Shown here: positions 46,895 to 46,969 of the stretch, in pieces
Position numbering within the stretch: position 1 is the stretch's first letter
How the letters are laid out: the number at the start of each line of letters is the position of its first letter
From: Candidatus Tectimicrobiota bacterium
GTDB taxonomy: Bacteria; JACPSX01
Direction of reading: 5' to 3'
Assembly (NCBI GenBank): GCA_016193065.1
Contig: JACPSX010000094.1
Coordinates: 1-46,969 of the forward strand
DNA length: 46,969 nt
Position numbers and translations under genes: made by a program
The notes under the pieces: generated by a model
Told to the model about the DNA's origin: nothing
Databases searched by the model: none
The model's input: the letters and a program-made list of their open reading frames with translations, nothing else

Positions 46895-46969
46895 ATGATT
46901 GGAAAGAGAACCCCGATTAAGTGGCCGGACGGTGCAAGGATTGCCATTACTCCGTGCGTGGCTTACGAG
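46895..46969 (+). CDS. Start of an ORF running off the window (possibly polysaccharide deacetylase/PuuE-like; product uncertain)
   Basis: AAGGGAGGAG RBS, then the ATG at 46895: MIGKRTPIKWPDGARIAITPCVAYE... Only 25 codons are visible. Confidence 0.4.
   Translation, partial: MIGKRTPIKWPDGARIAITPCVAYE

Overview
47 kb of high-GC bacterial chromosome. The taxon cannot be fixed from sequence alone; the REP-type palindromes and several orphan NMT1-type binding proteins resemble uncultivated soil lineages, but that is a guess. Housekeeping blocks: 2-oxoacid dehydrogenase E1 alpha/beta, pckA, a GalT-like transferase, an HTH-PAS regulator followed by a five-gene archaeal-type split glutamate synthase cluster, and a PrpD/MmgE protein. 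Further blocks are an NDH-2/HD-GYP pair, a long minus-strand sugar operon (gdh, GH63-like, gnd, zwf, glk, pgl, glycogen debranching enzyme), modE-modABC, an SDR and several NMT1-like binding proteins. Two accessory stretches interrupt these. (1) 14.6-18.8 kb is a toxin-antitoxin island with ParE-type, BrnT/BrnA, an orphan antitoxin, and an HTH antitoxin with a truncated PIN. Two of its cassettes sit between a host gene 3' end and a duplicated copy of that 3' end, and a truncated DUF559 nuclease gene is nested inside a REP palindrome. (2) 35.5-41 kb holds an ATGA-coupled gene pair: a P-loop NTPase and a protein with a degenerate NTPase-like domain plus a long TPR array. It is flanked by REP composites and a 29-bp tandem duplication, with a HepT/MntA module nearby. 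This pair is my best candidate for an uncharacterised conflict or signalling system. A family of CCCTCACC/CCTCTCC palindromic repeats and a second CCGTTCRTG hairpin family occupy intergenic, intercistronic and even coding positions. Several genes look decayed: MFS transporter, binding protein, PIN, DUF2283, DUF559 and an isomerase fragment. I found no rRNA, tRNA, CRISPR, integrase, transposase or reverse transcriptase. All protein-family calls come from motif recognition by eye, not from database searches.
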